Positions 16,560 to 24,124 of a stretch of DNA of 32,000 bases are shown one piece after another. The stretch's first letter is position 1, and each line of letters starts with the position of its first letter. The notes beneath the pieces are model-generated. The model made no database searches. It saw only the letters and a program-made list of their open reading frames with translations, and had not been told where the DNA came from. This stretch comes from Candidatus Saccharimonadota bacterium (GTDB lineage: Bacteria; Patescibacteriota; Saccharimonadia; Saccharimonadales; Saccharimonadaceae), in the NCBI GenBank assembly GCA_001029695.1, contig CP011211.1, positions 870,001 through 902,000 on the forward strand, read 5' to 3'. A program made the position numbers and the translations under genes.

Positions 16560-16607
16560 TAGTGCAAATTAACCACATGTGGAGTGTGGAAAGGCGAGGT
16601 GTACATA

Positions 16608-18884
16608 ATGGGACTGCAAATACGACGCGTTTCGAAAGTCAGAGTAATAGCAACTTTAATTGCGGTATTTGCACTCGTAGCACAGCCGCTGTATGGTCTT
16701 GCTGCTTCGCAGACAGCAAATGCAGCAACCACGGTATCGTCTCAGGCTGAACTTATCTCTGCGGTTGCCGGCAGCGAAGCAGTAATCAACCTTGGCGGGA
16801 GTTTTACGACGACAAGCCAGGTAAATATAAATCGTACGCTTACATTGAATGGTAACGGTCATGTTATCTCACCAGCATTTACCGGCTCACCAAGTAACGA
16901 TTCTGTAATTGGTGTTGTAGGTGGTTCGCCAACGATCAACGACGTAGTGATTAATGGTGTAGCGGCTACTCAGGTGCAAGGGATTCAGGTTTGGAACTCG
17001 TCGGCAACACTCAATCGAGTTGAATCAAAAGACAACGATAAAGCGGGTATACACGTCAATAACTCTACTGTCACAGTGAATACTGTAAAAACGTCAAATA
17101 ACGGTGCTAATTACGGTGGTCTTATGGTCTCCGGAGGTGCTTTGACTATAGCCGGCGTGAGTCAGCATGCAGAAAATAAAAACTGGACTGGCTTTAAGAT
17201 GGATGTTTATCGAACCGGTGGTGTTGTGAATGATGTAAGCAGTCAATATACCGCTGAGCAGAAATATCTGGGGGTTGTTGGTACGGGAATTCGCACCCTA
17301 AAGCCAATTGTAGCCCCAGCTACTCCCGTACTTCTAACGCCAGCCAACGGTGCACTTATTAACACGAATGATTTTTGGTTCGATTGGACTGACAATGTCG
17401 GTGCTACGCAATATGAAATTCAAGCATCACAGAGCAGTGCGGTGGATGGAAACGGGGCATTGACGAGCAATGTGTGGTCTGGCGATTTCAATCAAATTCA
17501 GCCGACCGAGTCGAAGGCGCATTCAGTAGGAGCTAGCGGGACATGGTACTGGCAGGTCCGTGCGGTGAACGCTTCTGGCCTAAAAAGTCCGTGGACAGCC
17601 CCGTGGAGCGTTTCGATTGACACTGTCGCTCCGACGAAGCCAGTACTTGTTGTGAAGAGTAACGGTGCTGTTATCGCATCTGGCGCAGCAACCAAGTATG
17701 CCCCTGTCTCTATCTCGTGGAACCAGCCTGCAACAGATGTGGTGAAATATGATTATCAGTATTGGAATACAATACCAACAAGCGCTCATAACGGTGAGGA
17801 GAATGCTTGGCTCAATACTGGAATTACGGCAACGTCGTACGATGGTGTCTTTAATCAAGGTGAAGGCGTAAATTACCTGCGCGTTCGAGCTTATGATGCA
17901 GCAGGTAATGTATCTCAATGGTCGGACACGTTTGAAGCGGTGTACGACAAGACGAAACCTGTCGTCACTGGATCGACGGAGTCGGCTACTAATCCAGCGA
18001 GCTTTACTGTGACTGCAAATGACAATATCGCTGTAGCAAAAGTAACAGCAAATATTTATACCGCTTCGGACGTTCTGCAGAAGAGTAACTCTTCTGCTGC
18101 GAACCCTTTCACGATTGATCTTAGCACGCTTGCCGAGGGTCAATATTATGTTAAGTATAATGCTGCTGATCGCGCTGGGAACGTATCAAATACAGAGAAG
18201 TTTTACTTCACTGTTGATCATACAGCGCCCGTGGTAACCATTACTTCTGCGAGTCGAAATGCAGACGGTACTTACACGATCAGTGGTACTGGCGAACAAG
18301 GCGCGCCAGTTACGGTGAAGGTTAATGGAAGCTCGCTTGAGTCGGTCGCTCCTGACGAGGACGGTAAATGGACAGCGAAGACAGCAAAACTTAACGATGG
18401 TCTATACGAGGTTGTTGCCAGTAGTGTTAATGGGCTAGGCAACGAAGGCACCTCTGATGTATTCAAATTTACTGCAACAACTCCTGTAGTGCCCGTAGTT
18501 ACAACGCCTGTCGATGGCAGTACGGGGGGTGGTCTTAGCGAGGGTGGACTCACACTTCTTCCGAGCGTCGCATCACTTGCAACGACTATTTCAACTCCAC
18601 CAACACGCTCATTCCTCGGTGTACCCGTCGATGATCTTGTTGCAAACAACGAGACTCAACAAGCTAGTATCGCCGAGTCACCGGAAATTCTTGGTGCGAG
18701 AGATGTGAAAAATAACGTTGCAGCAGTTTCGGGACCAGTTACTGCAACCGAGAGTGGATGGAAACTTTTCGGACTCGCATGGTACTGGTGGTTAGTTGCA
18801 CTTGCTGCTATCGCAAGCATCTGGTGGTTTATCGCTGCATGGCGTCGCCGTAAGAGCGAAGATCAACCGTCATTCCTTGGTTAA
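16608..18884 (+). CDS. Large membrane-anchored surface protein (beta-helix-like N-terminal region, FN3/Ig-like repeats, C-terminal TM anchor)
   Basis: Signal peptide ...LYGLAASQTANA. N/G/T-rich repeats (NNSTVTVNTVKTSNNGANYGG), recurring D-x-(T/V)-x-P-x-(K/V)P domain boundaries, and A(Y/A)D(A/R)AGNVS motifs. C-terminal Trp-rich TM helix followed by RRRK. Confidence 0.8.
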   Translation: MGLQIRRVSKVRVIATLIAVFALVAQPLYGLAASQTANAATTVSSQAELISAVAGSEAVINLGGSFTTTSQVNINRTLTLNGNGHVISPAFTGSPSNDSVIGVVGGSPTINDVVINGVAATQVQGIQVWNSSATLNRVESKDNDKAGIHVNNSTVTVNTVKTSNNGANYGGLMVSGGALTIAGVSQHAENKNWTGFKMDVYRTGGVVNDVSSQYTAEQKYLGVVGTGIRTLKPIVAPATPVLLTPANGALINTNDFWFDWTDNVGATQYEIQASQSSAVDGNGALTSNVWSGDFNQIQPTESKAHSVGASGTWYWQVRAVNASGLKSPWTAPWSVSIDTVAPTKPVLVVKSNGAVIASGAATKYAPVSISWNQPATDVVKYDYQYWNTIPTSAHNGEENAWLNTGITATSYDGVFNQGEGVNYLRVRAYDAAGNVSQWSDTFEAVYDKTKPVVTGSTESATNPASFTVTANDNIAVAKVTANIYTASDVLQKSNSSAANPFTIDLSTLAEGQYYVKYNAADRAGNVSNTEKFYFTVDHTAPVVTITSASRNADGTYTISGTGEQGAPVTVKVNGSSLESVAPDEDGKWTAKTAKLNDGLYEVVASSVNGLGNEGTSDVFKFTATTPVVPVVTTPVDGSTGGGLSEGGLTLLPSVASLATTISTPPTRSFLGVPVDDLVANNETQQASIAESPEILGARDVKNNVAAVSGPVTATESGWKLFGLAWYWWLVALAAIASIWWFIAAWRRRKSEDQPSFLG

Positions 18885-18904
18885 TCCTTCTGTAAAACTG
18901 AAGT

Positions 18905-18936
18905 AGCGAGAGTATAGTGCTCTCGCTTTTTCTTTT
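18905..18936 (+). terminator. Intrinsic terminator
   Basis: agcgagag / ctctcgct stem with a 7-nt loop, followed by tttttctttt. Confidence 0.7.
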
Positions 18937-18941
18937 GAAGT

Positions 18942-18950
18942 TGCTATACT
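18942..18950 (+). promoter_or_regulatory. Extended -10 promoter TGCTATACT
   Basis: TGn + TATACT, 10 nt upstream of GTG 18961, with no Shine-Dalgarno. Confidence 0.4.
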
Positions 18951-18960
18951 ATTAGTCACA

Positions 18961-19851
18961 GTGCATAAAAAACAAACAGTCAAAAAACAGTCACTTCCTA
19001 CGAAGGTCAAGCGCCATGTCAAGCTGGCGACTGTACCTCATAGGGAAAATAGCTATCGCCCACACGCAATCCGTCGGTATGGACTGGTGGCTATATTGGT
19101 GTTGGCCTTCGGGTTATTGCTCGTGAATAATTACTTTACCACTGGAGACGTATTAGGGCAGCGAGCGGCGATTACGATGAATACGTTGCTGAGCGAATCG
19201 AACCATGCGCGTCAGGCTGAAGGTCGACCTGGGCTTGAAATCAATGATACTTTAAATCAGGCTGCGTATGCCAAGGCTCAGGATATGCTTGCCGGCCAAT
19301 ACTGGTCTCATGATTCTCCATCGGGTGTTCAACCTTGGAAGTGGTTCAATGATTATCACTACAACTATAGTCAGGCTGGAGAGAATCTTGCTCGTGGATT
19401 TACGTCGAGTGGCGCTGTTATTTCGGCATGGCTCGCGTCGCCTGAACATAGAGCAAATCTTTTGAGCTCCGACTATAAGGATGTAGGATTTGCTGTCGTA
19501 AATGGGGAGATGAGCGGTAAGCAGACGACACTCGTTGTTGCGATGTATGGCGCACCTGCGGAGACGGGGGCGGTTGCTGGTGTGACGACCGGATTTCGTG
19601 AGCCCGTAGCGCAGACAGGGATGTTTGCTTCTGTTGGACGATCTGTGCAGACGCTACCTGCGGCAGTTGTTGGGGCTGCAGTTTTGCTGGTTCTTGCTGG
19701 ATTTGTGGCGCTATTTGCCCAGGCGTATCGTCATAAATTACCAAAGCAGCTGCGCGTCAGTTGGTATCATCACCATGGAGCGTACAAGGCGGCCGGCATG
19801 ATGTCGGTAGCTGTTATAATAGTGATTATGTATAGTGGAGGACAAATCTAG
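18961..19851 (+). CDS. CAP (SCP/PR1-like, YkwD-type) domain protein with N- and C-terminal membrane segments
   Basis: N-terminal TM helix. CAP-like strings LNQAAYAKAQDM..YWSHDSP, GENLARGF, ISAWLASPEHRANLL and VGFAV. Two C-terminal hydrophobic helices. Confidence 0.75.
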   Translation: MHKKQTVKKQSLPTKVKRHVKLATVPHRENSYRPHAIRRYGLVAILVLAFGLLLVNNYFTTGDVLGQRAAITMNTLLSESNHARQAEGRPGLEINDTLNQAAYAKAQDMLAGQYWSHDSPSGVQPWKWFNDYHYNYSQAGENLARGFTSSGAVISAWLASPEHRANLLSSDYKDVGFAVVNGEMSGKQTTLVVAMYGAPAETGAVAGVTTGFREPVAQTGMFASVGRSVQTLPAAVVGAAVLLVLAGFVALFAQAYRHKLPKQLRVSWYHHHGAYKAAGMMSVAVIIVIMYSGGQI

Positions 19852-20675
19852 TGCCAATTACCAAAGCAATTATTCCCGTAGCCGGCTGGGGCACCAGGCG
19901 TTTGCCAATTACCAAAGCAATCGAGAAGTGCATGCTTCCTATCGGCAATAGGCCGCTCGTCGACTACATCGTGCGTGACTGTATAAAAGCAGGCATTGCT
20001 GATATCTATTTTGTTGTCAGCAAGGGCAGCTCTCAGCTGCAGCAATATTTTGGAGACAACGAAGAGTTAAACCAATTTCTGCGCTATAACGGCAAAGAGT
20101 CGATGATCGAACTCGCTCGACCGCCGCAAAATGTACGATTTCATTACATTGAGCAGGATCCAAATCAAAAGTATGGTAGCGCCGTACCGGTAGCGTTGGC
20201 ATTTCCGTTTCTGCAAAAGGGTGAGTCAGCGGCGGTGATGATGGGTGATGACTTCTTGTACAATCCTGACGGAGCTTCAGAACTAGCGCGACTCATGGGG
20301 CTTACTCCTGAGGGTGGTAATTCGATGGTTGCAGTGCAAGTTGTTCCAAATGAAGTGAGTCGCTATGGGGTGATTCAGTTCAATGAAGATACGGGTGCAT
20401 TTGAACAAATTGTCGAGAAGCCGCAGCCTGCTCAAGCGCCAAGCAACTATATCAATGTCAGTAAGTATATCCTCAATTACGATGTGATGACTCGAGTTCA
20501 TAACTACTGTGATCTCGAACTTTCAGGCGAGTATAACCTAACAGATCCGATTAACCAGTATGTGCTTGATAACGGAATAGTGCAGGTAGTTCCAGCGCAA
20601 GGACAATATCTTGATGGTGGTAGTGTTCATGGATGGTTGCATGCTAATAATGTCGTTGTAAATGGCGCACAATAA
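19851..20675 (+). CDS. galU: UTP--glucose-1-phosphate uridylyltransferase
   Basis: KAIIPVAGWGTRRLPITKAIEKCMLPI is the GalU N-terminal nucleotide-binding signature. The GTG start overlaps the preceding stop (TAGTG). Confidence 0.85.
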   Translation: MPITKAIIPVAGWGTRRLPITKAIEKCMLPIGNRPLVDYIVRDCIKAGIADIYFVVSKGSSQLQQYFGDNEELNQFLRYNGKESMIELARPPQNVRFHYIEQDPNQKYGSAVPVALAFPFLQKGESAAVMMGDDFLYNPDGASELARLMGLTPEGGNSMVAVQVVPNEVSRYGVIQFNEDTGAFEQIVEKPQPAQAPSNYINVSKYILNYDVMTRVHNYCDLELSGEYNLTDPINQYVLDNGIVQVVPAQGQYLDGGSVHGWLHANNVVVNGAQ

Positions 20676-20760
20676 CTATTGTATTATATATAATATAGTT
20701 ATATAGTATATAAACCACAGTTATTTGTGGCATCCATTATCGCCGTCCTAAGGAAGTGCT

Positions 20761-21021
20761 ATGTCCAGTACACTCGTAGGGATCGTTGTAGAGGTATCTT
20801 TCCAGGCAATTGCCGGCGCAACAAAATTAGTTACGGAGTTTCTTGAGGGTCGTAGCCCTCAGCCGCTCAAGATTATCACGACAACCGATTTCTTTGCGCA
20901 GGAGTCAGTGGCCCACATCCACTGTGAAAGTCGCGAGGATGCCGTTCGGCTGTGCGGAGAGTTGACGCTCTTCCTGTCGAGGAGTGGTGGGTCCGTAACT
21001 ATGGGATCCAACCTCAGCTAA
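20761..21021 (+). CDS. Hypothetical 86-aa protein
   Basis: AAGGAAG lies upstream of the ATG, and a perfect 16-bp hairpin starts within the stop codon. No family recognised. Confidence 0.4.
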   Translation: MSSTLVGIVVEVSFQAIAGATKLVTEFLEGRSPQPLKIITTTDFFAQESVAHIHCESREDAVRLCGELTLFLSRSGGSVTMGSNLS

Positions 21022-21066
21022 GCCTGTCTCAAAAGTATGCAAGTCTGCTTCTTTTGAGACAGGCTT
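21020..21066 (+). terminator. Perfect 16-bp hairpin (terminator-like, no clean U-tract)
   Basis: aagcctgtctcaaaag (21020-21035) pairs with cttttgagacaggctt (21051-21066). Confidence 0.5.
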
Positions 21067-21104
21067 GTATACTATTAAGCATACTTGCGAAGTAGTAGTG
21101 TATC

Positions 21105-21113
21105 TGTTACAAT
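21105..21113 (+). promoter_or_regulatory. Extended -10 promoter TGTTACAAT upstream of rplU
   Basis: Same 9-mer as at 1229 and 16551. The 36-nt leader carries AAGGAA. Confidence 0.45.
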
Positions 21114-21149
21114 GGTTCAGATTGATCAGTAAAAGTAATAAGGAATCAT

Positions 21150-21458
21150 ATGACAAAAGCAGTCGTTAAGATCGGTGGCAAACAATTCGTCGTCACCGAA
21201 AAAGAGACCCTCCTGGTGGACCTCCTCCCGGAAGGAACTAAAGAGCTCACGCTTGATGCACTATTGGTTATTGATGGTGACAAAACTACTATCGGTACGC
21301 CTTTGGTAAAAGGTGTGGTCGTAAAAGCCAACGTGGTCGAAGATCTCGTAAAAGGTGAGAAGATTCGTATCATCCGATACAAATCAAAGAAGCGTGTTCA
21401 CAAAGAAAACGGACACCGCCAAAAATACTCAAAGATTGAAATTAGTTCGATCAAGTAG
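21150..21458 (+). CDS. rplU: 50S ribosomal protein L21
   Basis: AVVKIGGKQFVV...VVEDLVKGEKIRIIRYKSKKRVHKENGHRQKYSKIEI is typical of bL21. Confidence 0.92.
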   Translation: MTKAVVKIGGKQFVVTEKETLLVDLLPEGTKELTLDALLVIDGDKTTIGTPLVKGVVVKANVVEDLVKGEKIRIIRYKSKKRVHKENGHRQKYSKIEISSIK

Positions 21459-21465
21459 TCCAAAA

Positions 21466-21496
21466 AACCTGCCGGAAACGGCAGGTTTTAATTTTT
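21466..21496 (+). terminator. Intrinsic terminator
   Basis: aacctgccg / cggcaggtt stem with a GAAA loop, followed by ttttaattttt. Confidence 0.8.
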
Positions 21497-21606
21497 AGAC
21501 AAAGGACATAAGTAATAGGTGAATCTAGTGGGTATGATATGATAAAAGCACTAGCTTTATACTAGCAGCAGAGTAGTTTGCTGCAAGTACTGTAGGTATT
21601 TAGATA

Positions 21607-24051
21607 ATGTTACAGATCGTCACACCCCTCAGTCTAAAGATAAGAAAGTTGGTTCATCTCCGGCGTGCTTATTTAGCGTTGTTTGTTTTTGGAGCGGGTA
21701 TACTAGGGGTTATTGTTATCGGTGTTTTCTTGTTTCGACCCGCACACGCAGAGTCAAATATCGCGCCAGGTACTTCGCCTAGCGACTTCGTGACGACGTG
21801 GACGACAAATACGGACGGCTCATCTGATAGTACGATCATGATCCCTGCGAGTAGTGGATCCACGTATAATTATGAGGTTGATTGGAACAACGATGGCATA
21901 TTTGAGCAGTCTGGAATCACGGGATCTGTCACGCATGATTTTGGGGCTCCCGGTACGTACACTATCCGAGTGAGGGGTGTATTCCCCCGCATACAGTTTG
22001 GCGGGCAGCCGTATGAGGTCAAGCGTCGTATCATTAGTATTGACCAGTGGGGAACGCAACCGTGGACTTCGATGGCGTATGCCTTTCAGGGTGCTACAAA
22101 TCTAAAGATAAATGCCATCGACTCACCAAACCTCTCTAATGTTACCGACATGACCTTTATGCTAGCCGAGAGTACCTCACTTAATGGCGACTTGTCGAAC
22201 TGGGACACAAGTAACGTAACGAACATGTCAGTATTGTTTAGCGGTTCGAGCGCGTTTAATGCTGATATTTCGAACTGGGACACGAGCAAGGTGACAGATA
22301 TGAGTGGTATGTTCAGGAGCGCGACTGCGTTTAACGCCGACCTCTCGAACTGGAACACAAGTAACGTAACAGACATGAAGAATATGTTTGACAACGCGAC
22401 TTCATTTAATCGGGATCTGTCTCAATGGGACACGAGCAAGGTGACGGATATGAGCGGTATGTTCCGCCATGCAGTTTTATTTAATGCTGATATTTCTAGC
22501 TGGGATACAGGTAGCGTGACTAATATGCAGATGATGTTCAATGAGGCTGCGGTGTTTAATGCCGACATCGCGAACTGGGATACAAGCAAAGTAACGGATA
22601 TGACTTATATGTTTAGAGAGGCGCCTGCTTTTGATCGTAATCTTTCAAGCTGGGATTTGACTTCGGCGTCGCAACTTTTCTGGATGTTTGCGTTTAGTGG
22701 GCTATCTGTGGCTAATTATGATGCACTTCTTGTAGGATGGTCAGAAAAGTCGTTGCCGCATGATATTGATTTTTCAGTACATGGGCTAAAGTACTGTACC
22801 TCTTCAAGTCAACGACAGAGTATCATTGATGAATTTGGCTGGTCGTTCGCGGGAGATGCTGTGTCGTGCCATGTAACGATTAACAATACCGATAATGTGC
22901 AAATCTACGACAATAGTCTGCAGGGTTCTGTAATCGGAACGCTAGGCGTAGTAGACTTTATACCGCGCGTAAATTCACCGTACACGCTTAGCTGTGCGAG
23001 TCCAGGAGAGGATGATCATTTATTTGCTGTGAGCGGCAGTGAGCTTAGGTCAAACACGATGTTCAGCCACAGTAACCCGGCCGACGCTGATGGTGATAAC
23101 GTCTACAATATTTGCATACAAGCAAAGAACGCTACTGGTGTTTCGATTGAATCTCGCCTCCAGGTTATTGTAAAAGCAGCACCAGGGCCAAAGAAAATAC
23201 ATTCTGTTGCTTTCTCTGAAGGTGCAGGCAAGAAGCTATTATCTGTAACAGGAGAGCATCTTGTTGGAGCTGATGATCCAGATGAGTACGCTCAGGCGAT
23301 GACTCGCTCACTCGTTTCGCTCAATGGGCGGCCATTGCCGTTTTGTACGGAGAATACTGGAGGAGACGCAGCGCTATTCGTAGAAATGATGAACGTGTCG
23401 CCAAGTTTAGTGAGTGATGTGAATCCGTGCTATTTCCTCATAGGCGACGAGGCTGGGAGCCTCGTGCTTACACCCGCGTACGCGCGCATATGGCTTCCTG
23501 ATAACTTCGATACCTCTTCTCAAGGTACTATTTCTGTGAATGGGTCACCCGAGTATACGTTTAATCAACAGACAAATCCCGGTGTCGACGAGCCGACCGC
23601 TACCGTGGAGAGTGAGTCTCTTGTTGGCGACCCGGTCATACCTAAGCGCCCCCATTTTAGCGGTACGGCGGAGCCGGGTGCCACAGTGATAGTTACCGTT
23701 CATTCTGATCCAATTTCTTGCTCTACGATAGCTGACAGTAGTGGCAATTGGTCGTGCCAGCTACCATCCGATCTCGAGCCCGGGCAGCATACTGTGTATA
23801 TTCACATTATTTTACCTGGTGGTGCTACGCAGGATTTGGGACCCTATTCCGTGACGGTTGTCTCTGGCCGTACGAATAGCTCTCTTGTAAATACAACACC
23901 ACTTGCACCGAATACGGGGTTTGCTCAAACAGTGAGAGCGTTGACTATGCAGACGCAGGGGTTAATTATTCTGGCGACAGTTCTTGCTGTTCTTGGTGTG
24001 GGGATGTTGGCGATACGGGAGCAGATAATGAATCGCCGAGCAATGAAATAG
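21607..24051 (+). CDS. BspA-type (DUF285) leucine-rich-repeat surface protein, paralogue 1
   Basis: Signal peptide ending AHA/ES. N-terminal module FVTTWTT...YNYEVDWNNDG...GTYTIRVRG. About 8 repeats of 25 aa (NxDxSxWDTSxVTxMxxMFxxAxxF). Extra beta-sandwich insert, Ig-like module (SGTAEPGATV..GNWSCQLPSDLEPGQHTV), and an LAPNTG + TM + basic tail. Confidence 0.85.
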   Translation: MLQIVTPLSLKIRKLVHLRRAYLALFVFGAGILGVIVIGVFLFRPAHAESNIAPGTSPSDFVTTWTTNTDGSSDSTIMIPASSGSTYNYEVDWNNDGIFEQSGITGSVTHDFGAPGTYTIRVRGVFPRIQFGGQPYEVKRRIISIDQWGTQPWTSMAYAFQGATNLKINAIDSPNLSNVTDMTFMLAESTSLNGDLSNWDTSNVTNMSVLFSGSSAFNADISNWDTSKVTDMSGMFRSATAFNADLSNWNTSNVTDMKNMFDNATSFNRDLSQWDTSKVTDMSGMFRHAVLFNADISSWDTGSVTNMQMMFNEAAVFNADIANWDTSKVTDMTYMFREAPAFDRNLSSWDLTSASQLFWMFAFSGLSVANYDALLVGWSEKSLPHDIDFSVHGLKYCTSSSQRQSIIDEFGWSFAGDAVSCHVTINNTDNVQIYDNSLQGSVIGTLGVVDFIPRVNSPYTLSCASPGEDDHLFAVSGSELRSNTMFSHSNPADADGDNVYNICIQAKNATGVSIESRLQVIVKAAPGPKKIHSVAFSEGAGKKLLSVTGEHLVGADDPDEYAQAMTRSLVSLNGRPLPFCTENTGGDAALFVEMMNVSPSLVSDVNPCYFLIGDEAGSLVLTPAYARIWLPDNFDTSSQGTISVNGSPEYTFNQQTNPGVDEPTATVESESLVGDPVIPKRPHFSGTAEPGATVIVTVHSDPISCSTIADSSGNWSCQLPSDLEPGQHTVYIHIILPGGATQDLGPYSVTVVSGRTNSSLVNTTPLAPNTGFAQTVRALTMQTQGLIILATVLAVLGVGMLAIREQIMNRRAMK
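22054..22700 (+). repeat. In-frame 75-nt (25-codon) leucine-rich-repeat array inside paralogue 1
   Basis: Periodic WDTS(N/K)VT(D/N)M...F(N/D) units. Units 150 nt apart are nearly identical at DNA level, for example 22276-22316 vs 22426-22466. Confidence 0.85.
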
Positions 24052-24054
24052 CTG

Positions 24055-24063
24055 TGCTATTAT
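24055..24063 (+). promoter_or_regulatory. Extended -10-like element TGCTATTAT upstream of paralogue 2
   Basis: TGn + TATTAT located 4 nt after the stop of paralogue 1. AAGGAA lies in the leader. Confidence 0.35.
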
Positions 24064-24124
24064 AAAGACACTAACGTTATGCTAGTTACGTGTAAGCGCG
24101 TAAGTAAGGAATCATGGTTCATCA

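Noticed and set aside
19852-19921. Perfect 19-nt direct repeat tgccaattaccaaagcaat (19852-19870 and 19903-19921) at the 5' end of galU.
   Set aside because: Both copies are in frame and encode PITKAI. The second copy is the conserved (P)xTKA(I/M) part of the GalU nucleotide-binding motif, and the first mimics the usual KA(V/I)IP start. It is probably a local micro-duplication or coincidence with no evidence of function. It could allow a 51-nt in-frame deletion, but I have no support for that.
20700-21150. Possibility that ORF 20761..21021 and its flanks are really RNase P RNA or tmRNA.
   Set aside because: I saw no GAGGAAAGUCC / ACAGAA..CGGCUUA P4 strings and no tmRNA termini on either strand. 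The Shine-Dalgarno plus ATG and the stop-adjacent hairpin fit a small CDS better.
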